Assembly (NCBI RefSeq): GCF_006345805.1
Contig: NC_043008.1
Span: 46,996,001-47,060,000 of the forward strand
Direction of reading: 5' to 3'
Source: Octopus sinensis
Taxonomy: Eukaryota
Length of the DNA: 64,000 bases
Shown: positions 14,851-26,749 of the stretch, piece by piece
How positions within the stretch are numbered: the stretch's first letter is position 1
How the letters are laid out: each line of letters opens with the position of its first letter
The notes under the pieces: model-generated
What the model saw: only the letters and a program-made list of their open reading frames with translations
What the model was told of the DNA's origin: nothing
Databases searched by the model: none
Translations under genes and position numbers: made by a program

Positions 14851-15480
14851 CTAAGACAACCCTAAATAGTGTACTTTAATTAGTGTACAAGAATCTAAAT
14901 ATATAATTAGTGTTCAAGAATCTAAATATATAATAAGGAACTTTCGGAAAGAGAAAGAGACAATGTTTAAGGAATGAATCGAAAAATATTTAAAACTAGG
15001 AAAGTTTAAGAGAGAGTGAAAGAAAGAAACGGGTAAAAAGTGGCGTTGCTAAGTGTAAATCGGAACCGATGTACTGAACGTTAAGGGCGTTCGAGCAGGT
15101 AGTAAATACTAGCAAGGAATGTGTGGTTGTATAGGGAAGCAAAGAAAAGTGATTCAGGATTGGAGTGAAAAAGACTTAAAATATTTAACTTCAGAAAATT
15201 TTCAATAGAATACGTAGAATGAGTGGAAGAATAAATTCGTCAGAGAAGTGGAGACGGAAAATAATTTTTAAGATTATTATTTTAGTTCAAGTCACGTGTG
15301 TGTTTTTCGCTTTAGCAATATAATTGGTTAAAGAGAAACGAACATCTACACAATCATTTAGAAAATATTTTCATGTTCGGGACACCTTTCAAATCTATTT
15401 TTATTTAAATTATTTACATTTGACAGATATTAGTCCTCATCTTGTTTGTTTATTATTATTATATTATTATTATTATCATT

Positions 15481-15511
<31 letters not shown>

Positions 15512-15530
15512 TTATTATTATTTTTATTTT

Positions 15531-15598
15531 GTGGTTAAGAGCGCGGGCTACTAACCGCAAGATTCCGAGTTCGATTCCACGCAGTGACCTGAATAGTA

Positions 15599-15650
<52 letters not shown>

Positions 15651-15800
15651 CAACATAGAAAAATACCTTAGGAATGAGAACCCAGGTTAGGTATTTTCCC
15701 AAGACACCTGATGAAGGCTGGTGGCTATATCAACCGAAATGTTGTGTTAACAAAGATGAGAACAAATATCCGTCGAATGTACATAATTCATCATCTCTTA
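15531..15800 (+). mobile_element. Composite retroposon family H, copy 1: tRNA-like head + (AAT)n + hammerhead-containing tail
   Basis: GTGGTTAAGAGCGCGGGCTACTAAC..GAGTTCGATTCC (A/B-box-like), (AAT)n, then AAAAATACCTTAGGAATGAGAACCCAGG..GACACCTGATGAAGGCTG..CAACCGAAATGTTGTGTT; matches 25372-25818 and 40933-41256. Confidence 0.85.
15703..15748 (+). ncRNA. Minimal type-I hammerhead ribozyme motif (mutated copy)
   Basis: Stem I GACAC/GTGTT, core CTGATGA (15708-15714), stem II GGCTG/CAACC (one mismatch), GAAA (15736-15739), then T-GTT. Confidence 0.6.
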
Positions 15801-16261
15801 AACTGTGGATCAATTTTTGTTTCAACATTGGTTTTCAGCACGTTGTACAGGGAATAACTCGATAGTCAAAAAGCGCACATCGTCTTCTTATGCTGCCATT
15901 TTATATATATGTGTGTGTGTGCAGAGACAGACGGACAGGCAGACAGAGAAAGAAAGATGTATAGGTATGATTAACGACCTTACACGTGAGTTTAGATGCT
16001 TCAACTGAGCTTGCGCTTAGTTCAGTTGCGGTCATTTTTCTTGTTTCTGTTCTTTAGTTACACTTGCTATGACAAATGTTCTTAAAAGTACATCGGATTT
16101 GAGAGATTTATTGGTTGTCGTTGTTAGTTTATATATATATATATGCTCATACACACATAGACACACACAACACATGTAATGTGCACACACATACATATAT
16201 AGAGAGAGAGGGAAAAGAGAAAAATTCATATACATTTGTATATATATGTTTGTATATTTGT

Positions 16262-16343
16262 AGCTAGATAGACAGACAGCTAGACAGACAGATAAACAGA
16301 CAGACAGACAGATAGATAGATATATAGATCGATAGATAGATAA

Positions 16344-16426
<83 letters not shown>

Positions 16427-16587
16427 GATAGATACATACATACATACATACATACATACATACATTGCTAGATCGATAGATAGCTAGATGGCTAGATCGA
16501 TAGATAGCTAGATCGATAGATAGCTAGATCGATAGATGGATGGATGGATGGATGGATGGATGGATGGATGGATGGATGGATAGATAT
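16262..16587. repeat. Compound (GACA)/(GATA)/(CATA)/(GGAT)n microsatellite
   Basis: Visible tetranucleotide runs. Confidence 0.95.
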
Positions 16588-17012
16588 GTTTCTTTATTTG
16601 CCACACAGGGCTGCACACAGACAGGACAAATTACAAGGTAGAGCTTTTCTTTTGTGGATAAAAAAGGGGGTTTGGTTTTCGATCAAAAGGGATCGTAAAG
16701 GGAAAGAAAGAGGACAAAAAAAGTGGGGGGATAAAAATAAGGAAAAGGAATAAAAAATTATCAATAGGGATCGTTATCACAGAATAGTCAATATAAAGTG
16801 TAAAGGGGAGGACAGATGAGGTTTACCCGTGGAAAGAAAAGCCTACGGAAAAGACCATGGTAACCTTGGTCAATGAGGTCACATGCTATATTTTCTTTTT
16901 ACAAAATATAATTTTTACGGTTCATAGAATCATAGTCAAGGTGGCTTCGTCATTCATACGTGCCATCCTTGCTACATTCACCCATCTTTTTTTAAAACAT
17001 TCACTAGACAAA
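16588..17012 (-). mobile_element. 5'-truncated Tx1-type LINE 3' end inside a GATA/GGAT tract
   Basis: Minus-strand translation LSSECFKKRWVNVARMARMNDEATLTMIL* aligns with LSNECFNKKWVKVAKMVSMKDDTILSINL* of the 62.8-kb element; shared terminal GCCCTGTGTGGC..AATAAA. Confidence 0.85.
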
Positions 17013-17602
17013 GATAGATGGATAGATAGATGCTAACATATATTTATGATCATTGTAGACTGTAACATAAACAATAGAAGACAGAATGACAAAGTTAAAC
17101 CACTTCTGCATGAAATTTTGCATTTGTTTCATATTTCGTAGTTTGTTTTTATTGAATTATTTATTAAATACATAAAGTAGCCAGAAATTTATACGGTTTC
17201 GTGATTAAAACACTGCGGAAAATGCAGCACAATGCAAATAGAAAAAAAAACAACTTTGCATTGGAAAGAGTTATAATTTTTACTCTCATATACATAATGT
17301 TCGTATTAATATGAAAGAATACTAACGAAGTTATATGAAGGTACTAAGGCTGCAAATGTAACAACGAATGAGTTTATTTCAAGTATGTATGTATCACATC
17401 ACCGCTACGATGTTGTTTTAAGACGTTTTAGGTTAAACCCGATTACTATCTCGAAAGGGCCGCAAACCCTTAAAGCTTCGAAAGTGATTTCTTGAAAGAT
17501 GTGTTTCATGAAAAACAGTCAATATTTGGAAAATATTATTTCATAGGAAGTTAAAACGAAAGAATTCATAAATAAATGTAGACATTAGAAAACCTGACAC
17601 TA

Positions 17603-17745
17603 GTGTGTGTGAGCCGCTCGCAACCACATGATTCCGGGTTCAGTCCCACTGCGTGGCACCTTGGGCAAGTGCCTTCTACTATAGCCTCGGGCCGACCAAA
17701 GCCTTGTGAGTGGATTTGGTAAGTAGAAGTGATAGCCCGTCGTTT
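17603..17745 (+). mobile_element. tRNA-derived SINE family 2
   Basis: B-box-like GGGTTCAGTCCC, then GCACCTTGGGCAAGTG..TATAGCCTCGGGCCGACCAAAGCCTTGTGAGTGGATTTG; five copies in the window. Confidence 0.8.
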
Positions 17746-17760
17746 ATGTATATATATATA

Positions 17761-17793
<33 letters not shown>

Positions 17794-18084
17794 AATTAAT
17801 AAATAAAAAAAAAATATGCATATATACATACGTATATGTACGTACCTACCTCTGCATGTATATATGCATGCATATATGGGTTCAGGAGAGCAAAAAAAAA
17901 AAAAAAACGTCGAACACATTAAGAAACGAAATCATAAACACAAAACCAAGGAAATGGACATTTTTCTTAAACAACGAAAAAATAGAGTACAGGACATACA
18001 AAACGAGGAAAATTCCCCTTCTTCAGTCGCCTTTGTTTCATCTACTCCACGTTTCGAAGGTCAATATATATATGTGTGTGTGTC

Positions 18085-18275
18085 TGTCTGTCCCCTCATC
18101 ATCGCTTGAAAACCGGTGGTGGTGTGTTCACGTCCCTGTAACCTAGCTGTGCGGCAAGAGACCGATATAATAAGTACATGGCTTACAAAGAATAAGTTCT
18201 GGGGTCGATTTGTTCGACCGAAGACGGTGCTCCTACATGGCCGCAATCGTGTGACTGAAACAAATACAAGAGTAG
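18085..18275 (+). mobile_element. Short interspersed repeat family 3
   Basis: Colinear with 41305-41495 (GGTGTGTT-ACG..GTAAC/GAAC, CATGGCCGCA/CATCGCCGCA); its 3' motif CCAGCATGGCCGCAG also occurs near 31070. Confidence 0.65.
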
Positions 18276-19496
18276 TGTTATCACTGTCTTCTGACGTAAA
18301 TATACATGCACACACACACCCTCAATCACGCACATACACGTATATCTATACATGCACACATGTATATAAACGTATGTGCATTCATTGCCTTTATTACGGG
18401 AAAAGATTCACCAAGAGGAATCTGCGAAAGTCTTGGAAAACTGTCACCCAAGGAAGTGCAGGTTAAATGCGATTCTATGGACGTTCGTGAAATACAACTT
18501 GACTAATGTATGCGTAGAACTTCTCGTATTGACATATATATCGTAATTCATCGATACGTAATAATGTTTGGAATCGATATGTTAAAACGATCTCAGCTTA
18601 GTTGATTATAAATCATTAAAATAAACCCTCTAATTTGGATCATACCAAATGCCTTTCCTTTGCGAAGGTACCTACTAGATAATAATTTCCCAGTGTTAAA
18701 GCCAGCTCAAGCTCCCTGAAGAAATTAGAATTCTTATCGACTTGGAGAGGTGGAATTTTACAGGAGGCAAAAATCATTGGAGAAAATAACAAAAGGCAAA
18801 TCAACAAAATGCTGTAGCTACGAACTATATCCCAGCCATTCCTCATTGCCAGCAAGTGTTGTATGACGAAATATTCTCTGACAAATCGACATTACTTATT
18901 ATTTTTAGTTTTCATTTTACAATCAGGTCAAAATCAGGTAAAATATCGATAAATTAACAGTTCTGCTTCTTAAAATATAAAAATCAATGAAATCACCTAA
19001 TTATTTTTAAGAATGAAAGAGATTTCTGTCACTGATATTATTATGGAGAACACATTTGTGTGTCTTTCTCAAACTAGTTGCTAGGATATACTGATACTCC
19101 GAGAATATTCCAGCTCAGTATATTCACTTCCATTTTGTTTGTAAATCCAATTACGCATAACATTAGAAGGATTTCGTATTTAGAGTCATCAAACTTTGTC
19201 CCCACAGAACAGGTATTTATAGGTTGAGGTGCTGACTTCAATGCATTCAAGAAAACAATAATAGGAGAATTTACAAGCGAAGAAGGAGTGACCAAAGCTT
19301 TAAGACCTTTCGCGTCCTAATCAATTATTAAAGCTTGGTTGAGGAATTATCATTTGGAGCTGAGATAATAAATAGAAGGGGGATAATCATTCCCCATCTT
19401 GTGTTTGTATGTGTGCACTCGCGTGTGTATGTAAATGGATAGATGTCCTTTTACACACACACACAAAGATATGTGTGTGTTTGTGTGTATTTATAT

Positions 19497-20931
19497 TGTT
19501 GTTGGCATACTTTTTGTGTCGGGAGACAGTGGAGTTGCGCATAAAATAATCTAGTCCGGCTTTTACATTTCATGTCCTGATACATTTCCTGCTGTGGCTG
19601 TGTAGTCCTATCCGGACAAACACTCCCTCTGGCAGGTGCCGCAAATGTAGCAAAATTCTGTTCCTGGCTGGTTGTAATGTCATAGTTTATTGTTGACGTC
19701 TTTTTTTGTATTTCCATTTCTTCTCTCTCTCTATCACTTCTTTGTATTCCCTCTTTTACGGTACTTCGCCAATCTCCACGGTTGCTGGCAACTGCTTCCC
19801 AATTGCTAATATTGATGTTGCAGGCCTTCATGTCCCTTTTGCAAACATCCTTGTAACGTAATAGCGGTCTTTTCACAGACCTAGTACCCCTAAGAAGCTA
19901 GGGGATTCTGCCATCTTTCATACGGCTAACATGCCCAAGCCATCTCATACGTCTTTGTGTGAGGAGTGCAAACATGCTTGGTATTCTTGCTTGCTTGAGG
20001 ACATTTTTGTTGTGGATATGATTCTGCCATTTGATTCGGAGGATTTTCCGGATGCAGCGCAGGTGAAAGATGTTTAGGCGACGCTCTTGGCGTGTGCATG
20101 GCGTCCAAGTCTCACTTCCATACAGTAGAGTGCTAAGTACACATGCCTGGTAGATCTTCATTTTCGTGATCTTGGTCAGGTTATTGTTGTCCCATACCCG
20201 TTTGGAGAGTTGGGCCATCGCAGAAGCTGCCTTGCCAATGCGTATATTGAGCTCAGCGTCAAGGTATAGGTTGTAGGTGACGGTAGAGCCAAGATAGGTA
20301 AACTTATCCACCTCCTGTAATCTGTGGTCTCCAATATGTATGTTTGGGATGCCCGATGTAGCCTGACCCATGATGTTGGTCTTCTTAAGGCTGATAGCTA
20401 AGCCAAAGTCGTTACATGCTTGCTCAAAACAGTTAATGAGCCTCTGGAGGGCTTCTTCTGTGTGTGATACCAGAGCGGCATCATCAGCGAATAGCATCTC
20501 CTTGATCAGGACGCTTCTGATTTTGGTCTTGGTACGCAGGCGCGAGAGATTGAACAGTTTCCCGTCACTTCTACTGTGCAGAAACACTCCATCATCTGAT
20601 GTCTGAAGGGCATGTGAGAGCAAGAGCGAGAAGATGCCAAATAATGTAGGAGCGAGGACACAACCTTGCTTTACCCTGTTTTTTATTTGAAAGGCCGCTG
20701 ATGTTGAACCATTGTGCTGTATGGGGCCTTGCATATCATCATGGAAAGACTTGATGATCCTCAGCAGCTTTGGTGGACATCCGATTCTTTAGAGCAGGAT
20801 GAAGAGGCCTTTTCTACTTACCGAGTCAAAGGCCTTTGTCAGATCAATGAAGGCCATATATAATGGTATTTTCTGCTCTCTGGAGTTCTCCTGAAGTTGG
20901 CGTATGGAGAATATCATGTCAATAGTTGATT
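19497..20931 (-). mobile_element. 5'-truncated RTE/BovB-type LINE (RT C-terminal half and 3' end) with 13-bp TSD
   Basis: 278-aa ORF 19898..20734 with VKQGCVLAPTLF, LFADDAAL, FTYLGS, LLYGSETW, RWLGHVSRM; upstream FIDLTKAFDSV; TGTGTATTTATAT is duplicated at 19484-19496 and 20932-20944. Confidence 0.93.
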
Positions 20932-21626
20932 TGTGTATTTATATACATTCATAAATATATAAGTATGCATGTGTACACACAGACAGACAGATAGATAAGT
21001 TCGTATGTACATACATACATAATTACATACATATATGGTGCCGAACAGCTCCTCCACGATAAGCGGTCCTTATATTTATTGTGATATATACATGTATATA
21101 TACAACAAGAAATAATATTTGTCTCTTCAAATAGAAACAAAAGGGTTTATAGGAGTGCAAAAAAGTGTTCAAATATGAGACGAAGGTAAAGAAGCAATGG
21201 TTATAGAACAAACATTAATTTTGGATCGACGACTTTACAATCGACCCCACCCCTCAAACATTTAATCAAATATAAAAATCACCATGTTTCACAAACATAT
21301 AAAAAAAATAATACATATACATAAAATCACAGAAGGTAAAAGTATATAATCGAATAAAATACAAATAGAACGACCAATCAAAAATGTTAAATATAAACGG
21401 CTAAAAATTCATAAACTACCAAAAAAAACAATAGACAAATGTGAAATAAGTAAAGGTAAAAATAAACGACTAAAAATGTTTAATCAGACGATTAAATTAT
21501 TCTTGGAATTATTTTTTGAATAATTGAAAAGATATTTGAAAAAAGTCACTTACTTCGTTCATCCAAGTATGTCCAGAGTTCATAGGTAAACAGACTTCCA
21601 CAGGTAAAATTCAACATTCCCCCTCC

Positions 21627-21668
<42 letters not shown>

Positions 21669-22162
21669 CATTTCGGGAGCTCACCACCGCAGATTATTTA
21701 CACTGAATTACAACACCGCGATGACCCCTCATTAGGATGAACAGGAAACAGGAGACACGCACGGATCAAAAATTTTTTAAGAAAAGCTTACGCTCTTGTG
21801 AAAAGCGTATATAACTTAAAAGAAGAACCCATCAACGGCCGATTCCAAATTTTCTTATAAAAAAAATCTATTACTAAACACTTAAGTGGGTGTACTTAAC
21901 AGAAATTCAACGTCGCCGGTTTCAAATCCACGTAACGCTAAACAATTTTATTACATCTATTTTCATTTCTATACACTTTCAAAAAGGTGGACGAAAACCC
22001 ATGGTTGCAAAAAGGGGATCACATCAGTAAATTTATTCAAAGTTTTTGGCCCAAAAGACTTAAGGTTGGCAAGGAATATTTTTACACACAACTTACACTT
22101 ATTTATATTTACTCTTAAGTCTGAGGGGTGGTGCTGTAATGTTTCTTCTATAACAAATGCTT

Positions 22163-22200
<38 letters not shown>

Positions 22201-22862
22201 ACGGGAAGCTTTATGAAAATAAACAAAAGACGAAGGCAGGTGGAAAACAAACGAACAATTATATATATATATATATATATATACATATATATACACACAC
22301 ACCTATGACATTTTCTCTACTCAATCCGGAAATAAAGACATTTCTTACACGTTAAAGGTATTTATGATGCCAATTTTGAGAACAACTTCAAAATAGTTTC
22401 ATTGAAAGCGAATTTTAGATGAAATGTGAGCCAACATGTGTCACTTCCTAGAAGTGTACCAACGCATGATTTCCCCAGTAAAATGTGATCTGGACGTTAC
22501 TTTTGAGTAGAAGACTTTAGTAAACAGAACCGACCGGAGAAGCAGATATGTTCTTATTAGACCTGACGAAATCAAATCAAACCGGAAGAAAACAGGTTTG
22601 AGATGAATGAGAAATCTCGAGCTTAGAGTTCACTTTGACAAACGATAAATGGAAAGCAAGGAATTGAGCTCTTGGTATGGCGAACGAAAAGAAGTTTCTT
22701 TGATATTCGGGTGGCATGGAGATTTTTCTCCTCCGTGGAGCGGCTAACATAGTTTTGAACCGGATCTTGATGCTTCTAATCATTAGTGTAGGGGAGAAAA
22801 TCTTTCTCAGTGATAAAACAGCAGCCATTAAATCCAGATATTTGGTAAAATTTGCTTAATTT

Positions 22863-23000
22863 AAGGATGCGAGTTGGCAGAATCGTTACCGCGCATGTCA
22901 GAATGCTAAGTGGCATTTTTATTGATATTAGGTGCTGAGATGTAATGCTGACGAACTTGACTTAGCCTTCCATCCTTTCAAGGTGGTCGATGTCATCGTC
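22863..23000 (+). mobile_element. Degenerate SINE family 1 copy
   Basis: GAGTTGGCAGAATCGTTA and GCCTTCCATCCTTTC motifs. Confidence 0.55.
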
Positions 23001-24549
23001 TTCCCCTTTCCCTGAAATAGCTGGCCTTGGGCTAAAGTTTAAAACCAATATTTGTTTAAAGAAGGCATTGGCCTGAAACGCAATTGCTGAAAGCGTCGGT
23101 CCTTGTGGTAGTCAGCTTCACACATATTATACCGTAAAGTAGACTATATCCCTGAATCTGTCTATTCACAGATTTGGAGAAATTTCTGAAACAATCACTA
23201 ATAATACGTGAAGTGGGAATTCTTGTCGCAAAGGTAGATGCTTGCAAGGTGTGCAGAAGTAAAGAGAGCTTTTAATTTTGATCGCATCATTACCTGATGG
23301 GATGCCAGCATCAACATAATAAAACGAACATCGGTATGTGTCACATATTTTTGACAACCTAACACTGATAATATTATAGCATGGAACTTAACTGCTGCGT
23401 TTCGGAGGAAGTGTTGTTTATGACAATCATATCATCATTTCGTATTCGTATCGACACTGTTATTAAACACGAAAACCGAACAAAATCAAATACTAAGTAT
23501 ACAACATTAATAACATTCAATCTGTATATATAACTACTTATATATTCTATCAGGATATTACACAGAGCAACTATTCTACAGCGTTATGAAAGAAAAGATT
23601 GACGTCTTTTATGTGTCACTAGATTTATGTTAACTTATCATTTAATTTTTCTAATGTACATTATGCATTTATATATATATATATATGAAACCAATTCGCA
23701 CATTAAATATTTAATATAAAGGCAAACACATTTAATTGTATATTAGGATAACAAATGCAAATAATATATAATATCAACGTGAGAATATTAGTATCTATAC
23801 TGCCAAATAATACATATACGGTCAAAATGTTGGAGATATTTAAGTGAGAATGGAACAGAAGGGACCAACTGGTGTGTCTATGATGGAGAGAGAATTGTGT
23901 AACGGACAGAATTCATTGAAGATGATTTCATTAATATAAAACAGTTGCATTAAATATGTCCACAAGATTGATGTCCTCGAGTTATCTTTAGTTTCAGCAA
24001 GGTGTGTGAGTAGAATCGATTATGGCGGAGATTTGCCTCTTCGGTGTCAACATACGTACATACATACTTACTCGCATACATACATACAAAAACACCTATA
24101 TACATGCATACATACATATATACACAAGTACAAATATACCTATATACATACATGCATACATACATGTATACATACAAACATACATACACAAGTACAAATG
24201 TACCTATATACATACATGCATGCATACAAACAAACAAACAAACATTCATACATACATACATACAAGCATGCATGCATACATACACACATACACACATACA
24301 CACATACATACACACATACATACATACATTGTAAGCACTGAGTCATAATTTACAATTTCACATTAGCAGCAAAGATTACAGTTAAATTCATGTTACCATT
24401 CTAAATATAGATCTCCGTTCTCTCTCTCCGTTTAAATCGCACTATGTGTACTCAGGCATGGACTTACGAAAATAGGTACACACACACACACCCACACACA
24501 TACACACACACACACACACACATACACACACACAATATGTATGCGCATA

Positions 24550-25368
24550 TTTAGATAAAATTCTTGCCTAACCACTTCAGAATAAGCGTTGTTTTACTAA
24601 TTCAGTCTTGAGAATACTCTGATTTGAACACCTTCTTATAACAACATTTTCTTCTAAAAACGGGAGTAAAGGGAAGAAACTAAAAAGCAGAAAACTAGCT
24701 TTTTTTGGTGAATATTTTTTTCAGGATTGTGTTTTAGCACTTCGTCTCTATCCAACCACCATGCAGAACACTTGCCAGCGTTGAAAAGAATCCACCTTTC
24801 ATCACACGTAACAATGCGATGCCAAAATGGTTTGCTTTTATGCCATGATAGCAAAGGACAAGCTTCAAGAAGACTTGTCATTTGGTGCTCGTTCAGTCCG
24901 GGTGGTACCCATCTTGTCTAGCGCATTTACTTTGCCGATTTGTTTCAAATGGTCCAATACAGTTGGAACCGAAACCCCACACCTTGCTGCTATCTCATGC
25001 GTAGTTTGAGATGTATCTGCTTCCACTACAGTTTCCAGCTCATCGTTATCCACCTTAGTATCAGGTCTACCACGGGGCCTGCGCTGATTTTCAAGAGTAA
25101 AATCACCAAACAGGAACTTCTCAAACCATCGACGCACAGTGCGCTCATTCGCTACCAAACACCTCACTGATGTTTCGGGTTGTCTAGGATGCATTGTTTC
25201 CACGACGGAACACATGTTCATAAACAACACGAATTTTTGACCTGTCCATGGGTTCACAAACGTTGAATTACAAGAGAAAACTCACAATATAATCAGGCAC
25301 CATGAACTGCATTTCGAAAAGTGATAATGTAACTTTTCAATGTTGTAAAACAAAGAATTATCATTATC
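24550..25368 (-). mobile_element. Internally deleted mariner (SETMAR/Hsmar-like) transposon remnant
   Basis: ATG at 25249 gives MDRSKIRVVYEHVFRRG; then NERTVRRWFEKF..GRPDTKVDNDEL..TVLDHLKQIGKV and RIVTCDERWILF..HQKKL; the second and third catalytic residues are missing, with stops and frameshifts. Confidence 0.88.
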
Positions 25369-25412
25369 TACATATTTAAATTTGATGGATATTTGTCCTC
25401 ATCTTGTTTGTT

Positions 25413-25453
25413 AACACAACGTTTCGGCTGATATACCCTCCAGCCATCATCAG
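25413..25453 (-). ncRNA. Minimal hammerhead ribozyme motif (intact core and stem II, stem I disrupted)
   Basis: rc CTGATGA-T-GGCTG-GAGGGTATAT-CAGCC-GAAAC-GTT-GTGTT; the AAGACAC stem-I strand is deleted in this copy. Confidence 0.65.
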
Positions 25454-25510
25454 GGAAATTTGGAACATGGGTTCTCATTCCTAAGGTATTTTTCGATATT
25501 ATTATTATTA

Positions 25511-25540
<30 letters not shown>

Positions 25541-25543
<3 letters not shown>

Positions 25544-25657
25544 ATAGTTTTATTTTCATAGCTTGCTTTCACTTCACTACTGAGCGCAGCTCTGTGTGCC
25601 TTGGGTATGTGCTGTGATTTGTTGTGGTGGTCTGATGGTTATTGTATTGAAAGTGTT
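25541..25657 (-). mobile_element. Probable R4/Dong LINE extreme 3' end nested in the (AAT)n linker
   Basis: rc reads TLSIQ* then a short UTR ending CTATTGAATAATAAT; resembles, from memory, R4/Dong C-termini (..ILRKTLS..*). Confidence 0.5.
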
Positions 25658-25680
25658 ATATTCTTTTTCTTCTTCTTCTT

Positions 25681-25711
<31 letters not shown>

Positions 25712-26271
25712 TTATTATTATTATTATTATTATATTATTATTATTATATTATTATTATTATTATTATGTTCGGGTCACTGCTTGGAATCGAACTCGGAAT
25801 CCACTACGCCATATGCACTCGAATAGATATATGTTAGTCCATATAGTTAGAGCAGATCTGCCGAGAGGGTTTAGAGGATGTATACTCATTAACAGATCGA
25901 TAACGGGATGAGGAATAGCAGATGTCAGATACTTTCATCCTGTAGGTGGCCACCTGCGATGTTTAGCGTTCGAAGATGAGAAGCACAGGAGGGAAGGGTT
26001 TAGGATGGTAATAACATTGTTATAAAGGATAATGAAGTTATCGAATTATAGTGTGATACGACTAAAGGTGATGAGAGATTTTGGGGTCGCCTAGTTGTAA
26101 TAGTACTAGAAATAAATGTCCATAACATTAACTAAATTTTTTTTTAAATTGTAGTGTTAATGAAAACGTATGCTCGTTGGGAACAGAAAGAAAAAAAAAC
26201 TGAAAAATGACAAACAGAAAAAAATAAAAGACATTTCACTAAAGGGTGATAAAATATAATAATAATAATAA

Positions 26272-26359
<88 letters not shown>

Positions 26360-26749
26360 TAATAATATAATAATAATAATAACGGACAGCAGATATCACA
26401 TAAATACAGCAGTGAATAAATCTGGTTAAACAGACATATACTAGAGGATGGGCAACAGTTCCTGGTTTCGGGGAAAAGAAAACACAAGCGAACCATTTAA
26501 TTATGCTTCACGCATTTATTAGAGGAGTAGACAGTATACGGACACAGTATACGGACACAGATGATGTGAGGGTAACCAGTTGGAAGAGATGTTTTCCAGG
26601 AGCTAAAAAGTAGTAACGTCGTCCTCCCTTGACTGCTACTTTGCATTGGCAATTTCCTTTGATGCTCGCAGGTCTATTGGATGTGGAATCAGGTTAAACA
26701 TTTGCAGAAGCATTATAAATCTTTTAATTTCAAATTTCTGCATGTGTAG

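Larger units (their letters stand above)
25372..25818 (-). mobile_element. Composite retroposon family H, copy 2, interrupted by a nested fragment
   Basis: Tail 25372-25500, (ATT)/(TTC) linker, head 25769-25818 (rc GCATATGGCGTAGTGG..GAGTTCGATTCCAAGCAGTGACC with an internal deletion). Confidence 0.85.

Noticed and set aside
18640-19295. Hydrophobic minus-strand ORFs resembling a signal peptide or membrane protein
   Set aside because: Short, unlinked, with no recognisable domain or splice structure
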